Assembly: GCA_029938715.1 (NCBI GenBank) | Contig: JAOZUK010000008.1 | Span: 5,511-69,510 of the forward strand | Direction: 5' to 3' | Length of the DNA: 64,000 bases | Source of the DNA: Bacteroidales bacterium | Lineage (GTDB): Bacteria > Bacteroidota > Bacteroidia > Bacteroidales > GCA-2748055 | In this document: positions 46,810 to 55,569 of the stretch, one piece after another | Numbering within the stretch: the stretch's first letter is position 1 | How the letters are laid out: each line of letters begins with the position of its first letter | Program-made: the position numbers and the translations under genes | Notes under the pieces: model-generated | What the model was told of the DNA's origin: nothing | What the model saw: the letters and a program-made list of their open reading frames with translations, nothing else | Databases searched by the model: none

Positions 46810-48030
46810 ATGAAAGAAGCTGTAGCCATACTTTGCGCGGGCGGACCTGCACCTGGAATTAATACTGTAGTTAGTTCGGTCACTAAGATATTCAACAACA
46901 ACGGATACAATGTAATTGGAATAAACGGGGGTTATAAAAGCCTTTTTGCCGATGAACCTGCATTTGAATTCCTTGATTTTGAATATGCTGACCAGATTTA
47001 CAGCCGGGGAGGCTCAGCTCTTAAGATGAGCCGCTATAAGCCCAAGGACGACGAGTTCAATGTTGATTTTTTCAAAAAAAACAATGTTAAATTACTGGTC
47101 ACCATTGGGGGAGATGATACCGCTTCAACCGCCAATCGTCTGGCAAAGTACCTGGCCAAGCAAAAACTTGATGTAAAGAACATTCATGTTCCCAAAACCA
47201 TTGATAATGACCTTCCTTTACCAGAAGGCACTCCCACTTTTGGCTATCATTCTGCAAAGGAGGAAGGTGTTCGCATTTCCTCAACCATTTATGAAGATGC
47301 ACGTACAAGTGGAAACTGGTTTGTGGTTAGCGCCATGGGACGTGAGGCGGGCCATCTTGCATTCGGAATTGGAACCGCTTGTCATTACCCGATGATTATC
47401 ATTCCTGAAATGTTCAATAAAACCAAGATTACCTTCGATAAAATCACTAGAATGGTTGTTTCATCCATGGTGAAGCGCAGGCTACTGGGGATCGATTATG
47501 GGGTTGCAATGATCAGTGAGGGCGTATTCCATTTTATGAGTGATCAAGAGATCATTGATACGGGAATAAATTTCACCTATGACGATCACGGTCACCCTGA
47601 ACTTGGAAATGTGAGCAAATCCCATATTTTCAATATGCTTACCCAGCAACATCTTAAATCCCTGCGTATTAACGTGAAAAGTCGTCCAGAAGAGATCGGA
47701 TATGAACTTCGTTGCTGCAGGCCCATTGCTTATGACCTCGATTATGCCACCCGGCTGGGGCTTGGGGTATACGATCTGTTTGTTAAAGGAGAAACAGGAT
47801 GCATGAGCACCATTGACAGGAGCGGAAATATCACACCTCTCTATTTGAAAGATGTTGAAGATGAAAACGGAAAGGTTATACCTCGTCTTGTAAATATTGA
47901 ATCTGAAGGAGTACAGACGATTTTCAGAAATAACCTGCATTACATCACCAAGGAGGATTACAGAGCAGCTAAGAAATATGTAAAAAATCCAGAAGAGTAT
48001 GATTTCCTGAAGATCCTCAAATGGGATTAG
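46810..48030 (+). CDS. phosphofructokinase, PPi-type signature residues
   Basis: MKEAVAILCAGGPAPGIN, GGDDT and PKTIDND motifs, 406 aa. Confidence 0.8.
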   Translation: MKEAVAILCAGGPAPGINTVVSSVTKIFNNNGYNVIGINGGYKSLFADEPAFEFLDFEYADQIYSRGGSALKMSRYKPKDDEFNVDFFKKNNVKLLVTIGGDDTASTANRLAKYLAKQKLDVKNIHVPKTIDNDLPLPEGTPTFGYHSAKEEGVRISSTIYEDARTSGNWFVVSAMGREAGHLAFGIGTACHYPMIIIPEMFNKTKITFDKITRMVVSSMVKRRLLGIDYGVAMISEGVFHFMSDQEIIDTGINFTYDDHGHPELGNVSKSHIFNMLTQQHLKSLRINVKSRPEEIGYELRCCRPIAYDLDYATRLGLGVYDLFVKGETGCMSTIDRSGNITPLYLKDVEDENGKVIPRLVNIESEGVQTIFRNNLHYITKEDYRAAKKYVKNPEEYDFLKILKWD

Positions 48031-48105
48031 TAATTAAGGAGTAGAACTCATTCCCCTGCCCCATTGATTTATTACAAATATTGGTTTAATTTTAAAGAAA
48101 AAAAG

Positions 48106-49311
48106 ATGGCACAGGGGATCAAGAAAAAAGGGACAATAGGAATATTAACAGGTGGTGGTGATGTACCAGGTCTTAATCCGGCCATTCGCGCTGTAACAAT
48201 CCGAGCACTTAGAGAAGGTTATCAGGTAATTGGTCTGCGTAAAGGTTGGTCAGGTATAATTGAGATAATCCGTGATAAGAATGCCGACAATAGCGAACAT
48301 TTTGTCGTTCTGACTGAGCAGATTGTGAATAAGGCAGGAAGGACGGGTGGGACTTTTCTGCATACTTCCAGGGTTAATCCCAGCAGGGTAAAGAAGATTG
48401 ATGTACCTCTGCATCTCAAGGATTCGTATAAAAAAGAGATCAATGACCTTACTCCCGAGGTACTTGAAAACCTCGCATTTCTGGGGATTGATTTTCTGAT
48501 CCCAATCGGTGGAGATGATACGTTAAGTTACGGGGTACGTCTTTACCAGGAGGGATTCAAAGTGATCGCTATTCCTAAAACCATGGACAATGATGTGCCG
48601 GGTACAGATTACTGCATTGGATTCAGTACCTGTGTCACTCGCACCATTAACATGACTAACACACTGCGTACATCAGCCGGATCACATGAACGAATTCTGG
48701 TCCTTGAAGTATTCGGCAGATATGCTGGTTTTACGGCAATGATTCCAACCATGGCTGGAGCAGCTAACAGGTGTGTTATTCCGGAACACCCGTTTGAAAT
48801 ACCCCAGCTTACTGAATTACTGGTTGAAGACCGTTTCCAGAATCCAAGTAACTATTCAGTAGTTCTGGTTTCTGAGGGTTCAACGTTTTTAGGGATGGAT
48901 GAGATGATGTTCAGGGATGGGGAAAAGGATGCTTACGGTCATGCCAAACTGGGAGGGATTGGTACGGCAGTTTCTGACCAGATTAAAAAGGAATCTGCTA
49001 AATTCAACAACGGAGTTCCCATTAATATTATCAATCAGCATTTGGGCTACCTGGTCAGGGGAGGGGATCCCGATGCGATAGATTCAATCGTTCCCATGGC
49101 ATATGGTAATCTGGCCCTGGACCTTATTCTTAAGGGAATTCACGGCCGGCTGGTGGTATTAAGAAATGGAAGGTATGACAATGCCCCTCTGGATGTAGTT
49201 ACCAGCAGTAAAAAACTTGTTGATGTGAAAAAGCACTATAACACTGAGCGCTTACGTCCGCATTTCAAGAGTTTTGAGTTTCAGCCCCTCTTCATAATGA
49301 GTGGAACGTGA
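48106..49311 (+). CDS. phosphofructokinase, PPi-type signature residues (second paralogue)
   Basis: GILTGGGDVPGLN, GGDDT and PKTMDND motifs, 401 aa. Confidence 0.8.
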   Translation: MAQGIKKKGTIGILTGGGDVPGLNPAIRAVTIRALREGYQVIGLRKGWSGIIEIIRDKNADNSEHFVVLTEQIVNKAGRTGGTFLHTSRVNPSRVKKIDVPLHLKDSYKKEINDLTPEVLENLAFLGIDFLIPIGGDDTLSYGVRLYQEGFKVIAIPKTMDNDVPGTDYCIGFSTCVTRTINMTNTLRTSAGSHERILVLEVFGRYAGFTAMIPTMAGAANRCVIPEHPFEIPQLTELLVEDRFQNPSNYSVVLVSEGSTFLGMDEMMFRDGEKDAYGHAKLGGIGTAVSDQIKKESAKFNNGVPINIINQHLGYLVRGGDPDAIDSIVPMAYGNLALDLILKGIHGRLVVLRNGRYDNAPLDVVTSSKKLVDVKKHYNTERLRPHFKSFEFQPLFIMSGT

Positions 49312-49312
49312 T

Positions 49313-49337
49313 GCAAAATTGCTCAAAGCAATTTTGC
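49313..49337. terminator. perfect 10-bp hairpin immediately after the pfk stop
   Basis: GCAAAATTGC-TCAAA-GCAATTTTGC in the convergent intergenic region. There is no long T-run other than the one inside the stem. Confidence 0.45.
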
Positions 49338-49338
49338 T

Positions 49339-49380
49339 GGTAACTAGTTCTTAGTAACTAGTACTCAGTGGCTAGTGCCT
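49339..49380. repeat. three tandem 14-nt units centred on CTAGT
   Basis: GGTAACTAGTTCTT / AGTAACTAGTACTC / AGTGGCTAGTGCCT. CTAGT recurs at 49344, 49358 and 49372, an exact 14-nt period. Confidence 0.6.
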
Positions 49381-49393
49381 GGTGTTATGTGAG

Positions 49394-49843
49394 TTATTCA
49401 ATATAGATCCAGGCGTCTTCAATCACATTTGCCCGAATGTTACCTAACTCATTAAGGGCCGCCTGTATGGATTCATAGGAACCAGCGGTTACCAGATTAA
49501 ACTGGTAGGGACCAGCCATGATCTTACCCACATACCCATTGTTTTTCATCTCAGCTGAATACTCGTCAGCATAGGTGGAATTTTTAAATGCCCCTACAAT
49601 GATATGGACTTTCGAATAGGCAGACTCTTCACATGCAGCGAGTTTAAGCATCGCTTCATCCATCTGCATACGTGAGAGGGCCAGTTGATCCTCCAGCTCT
49701 GTGCAACCAGCAGCCTGTGATTTGAGCGCCTGATTTTGCGCAACCAGGGCGTCAATTTGTTCCTGTGTCATGGACGGTTTCTGAAACAAACTGCACGATG
49801 ACATAATTAATCCGAGCAAAACGATTCCGGCTAAATTCTTCAT
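49394..49843 (-). CDS. SPOR-domain lipoprotein with a coiled-coil linker
   Basis: Start taken at MKNLAGIVLLGLIMSSCS (lipobox). The C-terminal VHIIVGAFKNSTYADEYSAEMKNNGY...AWIYIE is SPOR-like. Confidence 0.7.
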   Translation of the reverse strand: MKNLAGIVLLGLIMSSCSLFQKPSMTQEQIDALVAQNQALKSQAAGCTELEDQLALSRMQMDEAMLKLAACEESAYSKVHIIVGAFKNSTYADEYSAEMKNNGYVGKIMAGPYQFNLVTAGSYESIQAALNELGNIRANVIEDAWIYIE

Positions 49844-49878
49844 AATTAATACGTTTTGGTTCTGTTTGAATAAAGATA

Positions 49879-50040
49879 ATGAAAATACATTATCCGACAA
49901 TGGAAAGCCACCTAATTGCGGATTTGTTTCAGGCAGTAAATGAGTATTTATGGTTGCTAAACCGTCGTTACCCTCAAAAGTCTTCCCTAAAATTAGTTGG
50001 CAATGTAAGGTATTTGAGATTGCTGCGACAAAACTGCTAA
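49879..50040 (+). CDS. possible 53-aa small ORF, below the ORF-track cutoff
   Basis: My own translation: MKIHYPTMESHLIADLFQAVNEYLWLLNRRYPQKSSLKLVGNVRYLRLLRQNC. It ends 12 nt before the TlpA-like ATG and lies in an otherwise empty 209-nt divergent gap. Confidence 0.3.
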   Translation: MKIHYPTMESHLIADLFQAVNEYLWLLNRRYPQKSSLKLVGNVRYLRLLRQNC

Positions 50041-50052
50041 ACGTACCTGACA

Positions 50053-50538
50053 ATGAGAATTAAAAAATTTGTAGCATCAGCGTTAATGATGCTCATTGTT
50101 ACAACAATCTGGGCACAGGAACCAGATTTCAGATTGCGTGACCTTGAGAACCAGTGGAAAGAGTACTCCGACCTTAAAGGGAGTGAGCTCACTGTTATCG
50201 ATTTCTGGGCAACATGGTGTCAGCCCTGTATCAGGTCCATACCTTTAATCAATGAAATAGCCCAGGAGTTTGAGAGTAAGGGAGTGAATTTTATCGGGGT
50301 GAGTATAGATGGTCCGAGAAATCAATCAAAGATCAAACCATTCTTGCAATCAATGGGTGTTGAGTATCCTGTTATTCGGGATATGGACAGTGAGTTAATG
50401 TCCGATCTGGGAGTTACAGCTGTGCCCACCCTCCTGATGTATGATTCAAAGGGTGATCTTATCTTTTTCCATGAAGGATTCAGGCCTGGCGATGAGGAAA
50501 TAGTCAGGAGTCACATTGAGAAGCACCTGGATAATTGA
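50053..50538 (+). CDS. TlpA/ResA-family thiol-disulfide oxidoreductase
   Basis: Signal peptide, WATWCQPC active site, thioredoxin fold, 161 aa. Confidence 0.85.
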   Translation: MRIKKFVASALMMLIVTTIWAQEPDFRLRDLENQWKEYSDLKGSELTVIDFWATWCQPCIRSIPLINEIAQEFESKGVNFIGVSIDGPRNQSKIKPFLQSMGVEYPVIRDMDSELMSDLGVTAVPTLLMYDSKGDLIFFHEGFRPGDEEIVRSHIEKHLDN

Positions 50539-50539
50539 G

Positions 50540-52039
50540 ATGTTAAGAAAGGGTTTGATCATAAGTGTGATTATTGGTTCCGGATCGGTTGTTTATGGCC
50601 AGCTTACCGGCAACAATCTTTTTGAGTACCAGTTGGGAAATCTTCCCTATACGGATCCTATAGATTTGTCTTCGCACTACGATCAGTTAAATCTGGGATA
50701 CAGGTATAAAGGGCTAAAGGCCACTCTCCGGTATGAGCACTTCCTGAGCCAGAACGAAGGGAGTTCCTATGCAACCCTGAGTCAGTTCCAGGTCCAATAC
50801 AGGAAGGAGAAACTTGAACTGAAGGTTGGGAACTTCAATGAAACACTTGGTAATGGTCTGTTGGTAAGGGGGTATGAGATTGCAGGATCTGTATTTGAGG
50901 AGGAGGCCTACAGATCGAGATATGGCTTTTACAGAGATATGCTCGGTTTTTCTGCCAAATACTCTGGGGATATCTGGTTCTTTCAGGCCTTGAGAGGAAA
51001 ATCATTGGTTAATACGCTACCTCCAACTCTTCCCATGAGTGATCGCCGAATCGATCTGGTCGAAGGTATGGAGACTGGGATCTCATTCTTTAATCAAACT
51101 CTGGGTGTTATCCTGATGCGTAATACCAATACATCGGAAAAGAACAATTTCTATTCACTGCTGTTTTCGGGCGCTCTGCCCGGAAATGTATCCTATAATT
51201 TTGAATTTGCCCACGACATTACCAGCGACTTACCGGTCTTTGCGTTGAATGATCAGAGCAGGTATGGAATATATGGATCTCTTAGTTATAGCAGGGGTAC
51301 ATTTGGAATGAGCTTTGAGTATAAGAACTATCACAACCTGGTTATAGGGACTGGGATCAGTGATCCTCCTACTGCTGTAAGAGAGCACAAATATAAAGTA
51401 CTGAACAGAAGTATTCATGTCCCTCAGTTGGTAGACGAATCAGGAATACAATTAGAAGCTTACTACACCTTCAGGAACCGTGAGTACCTGGTGTTCAATT
51501 ATACTTACGTTTTGAACGAGTTCTTTGAGGCTTACAGGTTTAATGAGTTTTTTCTGGAGTATAGCTTTAATCCCGGTCAAAAAAGCAATGTGGTCCTGTT
51601 TGCAGATTATACTTCAGATGAATTTAAATCCGAGGATACCCGGTATGCGGCGGGAGGCATATGGGATTATCGGGTTGTTGGAAGCTGGTCGGCTCAACTG
51701 CATCTCGAATACCAGTATATCGAGAGAGAGTTTACTGAGAAGCAGAGCATGCACAATGGGGTGGTTATCCTTGGTATTTCCAAATCTCCCAGTCTCAACA
51801 TCTCCCTGCTGTGGGAAATAAGCAGCGATCCTTATCTCACCGATAGGCCCGATACGCCGGAGCCCGAAACTTCTGTACGTAACTGGCCCGGATTGGAAGC
51901 CAGTTACCGTATTAATCCCACCAATACCATTTCTGTATTTGCTGGAAATAGGAGGGGTGGACCTGCCTGTACTTCTGGAGTTTGCTATGAAGTACTGGAC
52001 TTCGAAGGTGTTGAAATCAGATTTAAAACTAAATTTTAA
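50540..52039 (+). CDS. hypothetical outer-membrane beta-barrel protein
   Basis: Start at MLRKGLIISVIIGSGSVVYGQ (signal peptide). Alternating aromatic beta-strand pattern ending ...VEIRFKTKF (terminal Phe). No family recognised with certainty. Confidence 0.5.
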   Translation: MLRKGLIISVIIGSGSVVYGQLTGNNLFEYQLGNLPYTDPIDLSSHYDQLNLGYRYKGLKATLRYEHFLSQNEGSSYATLSQFQVQYRKEKLELKVGNFNETLGNGLLVRGYEIAGSVFEEEAYRSRYGFYRDMLGFSAKYSGDIWFFQALRGKSLVNTLPPTLPMSDRRIDLVEGMETGISFFNQTLGVILMRNTNTSEKNNFYSLLFSGALPGNVSYNFEFAHDITSDLPVFALNDQSRYGIYGSLSYSRGTFGMSFEYKNYHNLVIGTGISDPPTAVREHKYKVLNRSIHVPQLVDESGIQLEAYYTFRNREYLVFNYTYVLNEFFEAYRFNEFFLEYSFNPGQKSNVVLFADYTSDEFKSEDTRYAAGGIWDYRVVGSWSAQLHLEYQYIEREFTEKQSMHNGVVILGISKSPSLNISLLWEISSDPYLTDRPDTPEPETSVRNWPGLEASYRINPTNTISVFAGNRRGGPACTSGVCYEVLDFEGVEIRFKTKF

Positions 52040-52050
52040 AATAGAAAGAT

Positions 52051-52821
52051 ATGATACAAATAATTAGATTGACATTGGTGCTGCTATTTGCAGTATCTGT
52101 CCAGATTAACGCACAGGAGGAGGGTGAACAGGCTCCCAATTTTGAGGTAGGATTGCTCGGGGGTGAAACCTTCAACCTTGCCGACCATGAGGGTAAGGTT
52201 GTGATGGTCTTCTTTTTTGGAAATACATGTCCCAGCTGCAGGGCAATTGGATCCACTATTGAGTCGGCCATTTATCAGGAGTATATGGACGATGAAGGCA
52301 ACCTGGTTGCAGTGGGCATAGATACATGGAATTCAAGTTCCAATGAGAGTTCGGTCACTGGTTTTAAAAATTCAACAGGGATCACTTTTCCACTTGCCAT
52401 AAAAGGGGGTGATGTGGCTGTCAATTATAAGACAACCTATGACCGGCTGATGGTCATTGACCGTGCCGGGGTTCTGGTACATAAGGGCATTGTTGCAGCC
52501 AGTAACGACATCGAAAATACCATAGCCGCCATTGAAGAAAGCCTGATAGTTACCGGGGTAGAAGATCTGTTTTCTGATCGTGCCAATGTTTATCCAAATC
52601 CTGCTAAAGATGTTTTGCATGTTTCGGCAGGAGCAGATATAATTTCCGGGATAACACTTTTTGATCTTAATGGTCGAAAAGTGATGGAATCAACTCTATT
52701 TAACCAACGGGCGGGCAATGAGTTTGAAGTAGATTTGCATGACTTTGAACCAGGGGTCTATTTTTATTCTCTGGAGACCGAGGGAGTGCCGTTTACAGGA
52801 AAACTGGTTATTCAGAAATAA
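52051..52821 (+). CDS. thioredoxin-fold (redoxin, CPSC) protein with a T9SS C-terminal sorting domain
   Basis: Signal peptide, FFFGNTCPSCRAIG, and the C-terminal VYPNPAKDVLHV...GVYFYSLETEGVPFTGKLVIQK. Confidence 0.75.
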   Translation: MIQIIRLTLVLLFAVSVQINAQEEGEQAPNFEVGLLGGETFNLADHEGKVVMVFFFGNTCPSCRAIGSTIESAIYQEYMDDEGNLVAVGIDTWNSSSNESSVTGFKNSTGITFPLAIKGGDVAVNYKTTYDRLMVIDRAGVLVHKGIVAASNDIENTIAAIEESLIVTGVEDLFSDRANVYPNPAKDVLHVSAGADIISGITLFDLNGRKVMESTLFNQRAGNEFEVDLHDFEPGVYFYSLETEGVPFTGKLVIQK

Positions 52822-53926
52822 TTTCTTCGGGTAGGAATAGCCAGGTTGAGATTGGGAAATGATCCGAGTAATCGGTTTTAATTCGTTTGAACTGATAGGG
52901 GATGAATGGAGTGCTATACATGATGTAATCGATTCTAAAGGAGGGAAGTTCACCTGCATAGGTATTTCCAAATCCTCTTCCAGCTTTCCTGAATGAATCA
53001 TTGATGCCTTTTCTGATTTGCCGGTAGGCATATGACTGCGGGGTATCGTTAAAATCTCCCATTGCAATCACAGGATAAGGTGAATCCTTAATGTAATTAG
53101 CAATCATTTGAGCCTGTTCAGCCCTCATAGTAAATGCTTTCTTTAGCCTCGATCCAATCATTCTGATTTCACGCATCTGTTGGTTAGAGTACTTCAAGCT
53201 GGCTGTATCCATAAATGCATAGTCATCTTCATGAAATTTGATAGATTGAAGATGGATGTTAAATACCCTGATTGTATCAGATCCGAACAGGATGTCTATG
53301 TACATTGCTGCATTAGATGTTGAATTGAAAGGAATGCGACTTTGCTTGATCAGGGGATACCTGCTATAAGTGGCGATGCCAAATCCATCGCTGTTTCTCT
53401 GGTTACCGGTGTAGTAAACTGCGGTTTGAGAAAGGGCCGGCAGTAGTTTTTTATATGCCTGGTGGGTCTCTCCTTGGAGATTTGATGTATAGTACTCCTG
53501 GAAACAGAGGATATCAGGCTTTTGCTGTTCAATGAAACTAAATATCTCATTTTTTGCCTGGGGATCATTTGTCCACTGGTAAACATCAAATCCCCTCACA
53601 TTGTATGAGAGGACTTTAAGCATTTGATCGGCACTGGATGATTCGGGTATTTTAGCCTCCTTAAAATTGAGAGGTAACGTATTGTTTAAATGGTTCCAGC
53701 CAATAAGAATAACTATTAGGGAGATAAATATCTCCTTCTTTAATCTGATTAACCAGTAACAAATAAATAGCAGATTAATCATCAATATATAAGGGTAAGC
53801 AAGTCCGAAAATTGCAGGGAAGAAGATCTTTTGAGGATTTATAAACGGTGCCAGATAGGCCAGGAGCATCCCGGCAGCCCCCAGGACATTTAAGATCAGG
53901 ATTACTCTGTCGGTAAACTTTCTCAA
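52808..53926 (-). CDS. endonuclease/exonuclease/phosphatase (EEP) family membrane protein
   Basis: Three N-terminal TM segments, then EEP motifs (LSYNVRGF, DILCFQE, GDFND, SDHFP). Confidence 0.75.
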   Translation of the reverse strand: MRKFTDRVILILNVLGAAGMLLAYLAPFINPQKIFFPAIFGLAYPYILMINLLFICYWLIRLKKEIFISLIVILIGWNHLNNTLPLNFKEAKIPESSSADQMLKVLSYNVRGFDVYQWTNDPQAKNEIFSFIEQQKPDILCFQEYYTSNLQGETHQAYKKLLPALSQTAVYYTGNQRNSDGFGIATYSRYPLIKQSRIPFNSTSNAAMYIDILFGSDTIRVFNIHLQSIKFHEDDYAFMDTASLKYSNQQMREIRMIGSRLKKAFTMRAEQAQMIANYIKDSPYPVIAMGDFNDTPQSYAYRQIRKGINDSFRKAGRGFGNTYAGELPSFRIDYIMYSTPFIPYQFKRIKTDYSDHFPISTWLFLPEEIISE

Positions 53927-53928
53927 AC

Positions 53929-54816
53929 CTATTTTTTATCACTCATTTTGAAAAGTAACTCTTTTTCTTTGCTGGAAAGACTATCATAGCCTGCTTTTGA
54001 GATTTTGTCAAGGATTTTATCAATCTCTTTTTGTTCGTTAGCTCTCTCTCGCTTATACTCAATATCGTCGGAAGAGCGTTTATGGGTTACTTTCATTTTT
54101 TGCTTTCCCGGTTTAAACCAGGTGGCCATACCATCAAGCAAACCATCAAATCCTTTAGTAATATCTTTGCCTTTCTTATAATAATAGGCGAAAATAAAGC
54201 CCAAAAAAGCGCCTCCGATATGAGCAATCTTTCCTCCTGTATTTACGGAGAAGTCAACCAGGGAGGTAAAGATGAACATCACCAATGCAATATAGACAAT
54301 CTTAACGGGCCCGATAAAAACAAGATGCATTCTCCTTTCTGGATTAAAAGTTGAAGCAGCTATCACAATGGCCATCACTGAGGCCGAGGCTCCCATGGCT
54401 ACAGATCCCTGTCTTAAGGGTTCGAAAACCGGGAAAACGTTGTAAAATAGAACAAAGAGCAGCCCACCAGCTAGTCCACCTAAAAGGTAGATACTTAAAA
54501 GTTTTTTTAAGCCCAATTCCTGAATAAACACTGTTCCGAACCAGTATAGCCACAGCAGATTAAAGAGGATGTGAATGAAATCCACATGCAGAAACATGTA
54601 GGTAAACAGAGTCCAGGGACGTCTTGCAAGTACCTCCAGGTTAGCGGGGACGGCCAGGTAATCCAAAAATGTGGAGAAGGTATCGCTGGAGTTTGAAAGA
54701 AGCAGCACAATCCTGACAATCTGCATTGTCAAAAAGATACCCAGATTGAAATATATAAGTTTATGTAGGATGGTTCCTTTACGAAACGATTCTTTTATTT
54801 CATCTATGACGCTCAT
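53929..54816 (-). CDS. rhomboid-family intramembrane serine protease
   Basis: GASASV (Ser) and HIGGAFLG (His) motifs, with a charged C-terminal tail. Confidence 0.8.
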   Translation of the reverse strand: MSVIDEIKESFRKGTILHKLIYFNLGIFLTMQIVRIVLLLSNSSDTFSTFLDYLAVPANLEVLARRPWTLFTYMFLHVDFIHILFNLLWLYWFGTVFIQELGLKKLLSIYLLGGLAGGLLFVLFYNVFPVFEPLRQGSVAMGASASVMAIVIAASTFNPERRMHLVFIGPVKIVYIALVMFIFTSLVDFSVNTGGKIAHIGGAFLGFIFAYYYKKGKDITKGFDGLLDGMATWFKPGKQKMKVTHKRSSDDIEYKRERANEQKEIDKILDKISKAGYDSLSSKEKELLFKMSDKK

Positions 54817-54828
54817 TTAACCAATTAA

Positions 54829-55566
54829 TTAATAGAAGTTTCTGGTAAATTTATTCCAATACTTGATTAAGATAAAACCAAATATCATTCCACCCAGGTG
54901 AGCGAAATGAGCAATGCTGTCATTAGTTCGTGTCACACCCAAAAAGAGCTCAAGAGCTCCAAAACCAATTACAAGCCACTTGGCCTTGATTGGGAATGGG
55001 ATGGGAATAATAAACAGTTGTGTATTGGGAAATAACATCCCAAAAGCCAGCAATACTCCATACACTGCTCCAGAAGCGCCAACAGTAGGCCTGATTAAAT
55101 CCCTGCCAATTTGATAGAACCGGTTTCCGGGCTGCAGAATCTCATTTAGAAGGGATACATTTATCCTGTCTACAGAATAGGCGGTTTTTAATGCAGCAAT
55201 CTCCGGGGCGAACTGCAGGTAGTTTACCAGTTCATAAAAAAATGCTGCACCCAGACCGGTGGCCAGATAATAGATAAGGAACCTCTTACTACCCCAAACA
55301 CTTTCAAGGGTTTTCCCAAACATCCACAGGGCCCACATATTAAAAAAGATATGTGTAAGACCGCCATGCATAAACATATGAGTTACAATCTGCCAGGGTT
55401 TAAACATGGGAGATTGAAAATAAAAAAGACCCAGTACTCCATTCAGATTGGTATGAAACATCTGTTGAAACAGAAAGAGCGCCCCTAACATTACCACGTT
55501 GATAATGATCAGGTTCTTGACAACGGGGGGAGTATTACTTAGAAACTTATTTCCAAAACGATTCAT
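54829..55566 (-). CDS. rhomboid-family intramembrane serine protease
   Basis: HMFMHGG, GASGAVYG and HLGGMIFG motifs. Confidence 0.85.
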   Translation of the reverse strand: MNRFGNKFLSNTPPVVKNLIIINVVMLGALFLFQQMFHTNLNGVLGLFYFQSPMFKPWQIVTHMFMHGGLTHIFFNMWALWMFGKTLESVWGSKRFLIYYLATGLGAAFFYELVNYLQFAPEIAALKTAYSVDRINVSLLNEILQPGNRFYQIGRDLIRPTVGASGAVYGVLLAFGMLFPNTQLFIIPIPFPIKAKWLVIGFGALELFLGVTRTNDSIAHFAHLGGMIFGFILIKYWNKFTRNFY

Positions 55567-55569
55567 ATA

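Noticed and set aside
47482-47940. 152-aa minus-strand ORF inside the first pfk gene
   Set aside because: It is a shadow ORF antisense to a gene with clear PFK motifs.
49844-50053. 5' extensions offered by the ORF track: the SPOR gene to 50053, the ABC ATPase to 13913, the OM barrel to 15075, pfk genes from 46741 and 48064, yidD to 46691, blaI to 60547, blaR1 to 60153
   Set aside because: Internal ATGs give canonical N-termini (signal peptides, lipobox, conserved motifs) and remove overlaps with neighbouring genes. The extensions have no family support.
52808-52821. 14-nt overlap of the convergent 3' ends of the T9SS redoxin gene and the EEP-family gene
   Set aside because: The overlap is real in the sequence, but small convergent stop-region overlaps are common. 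I see no extra structure that suggests a function.
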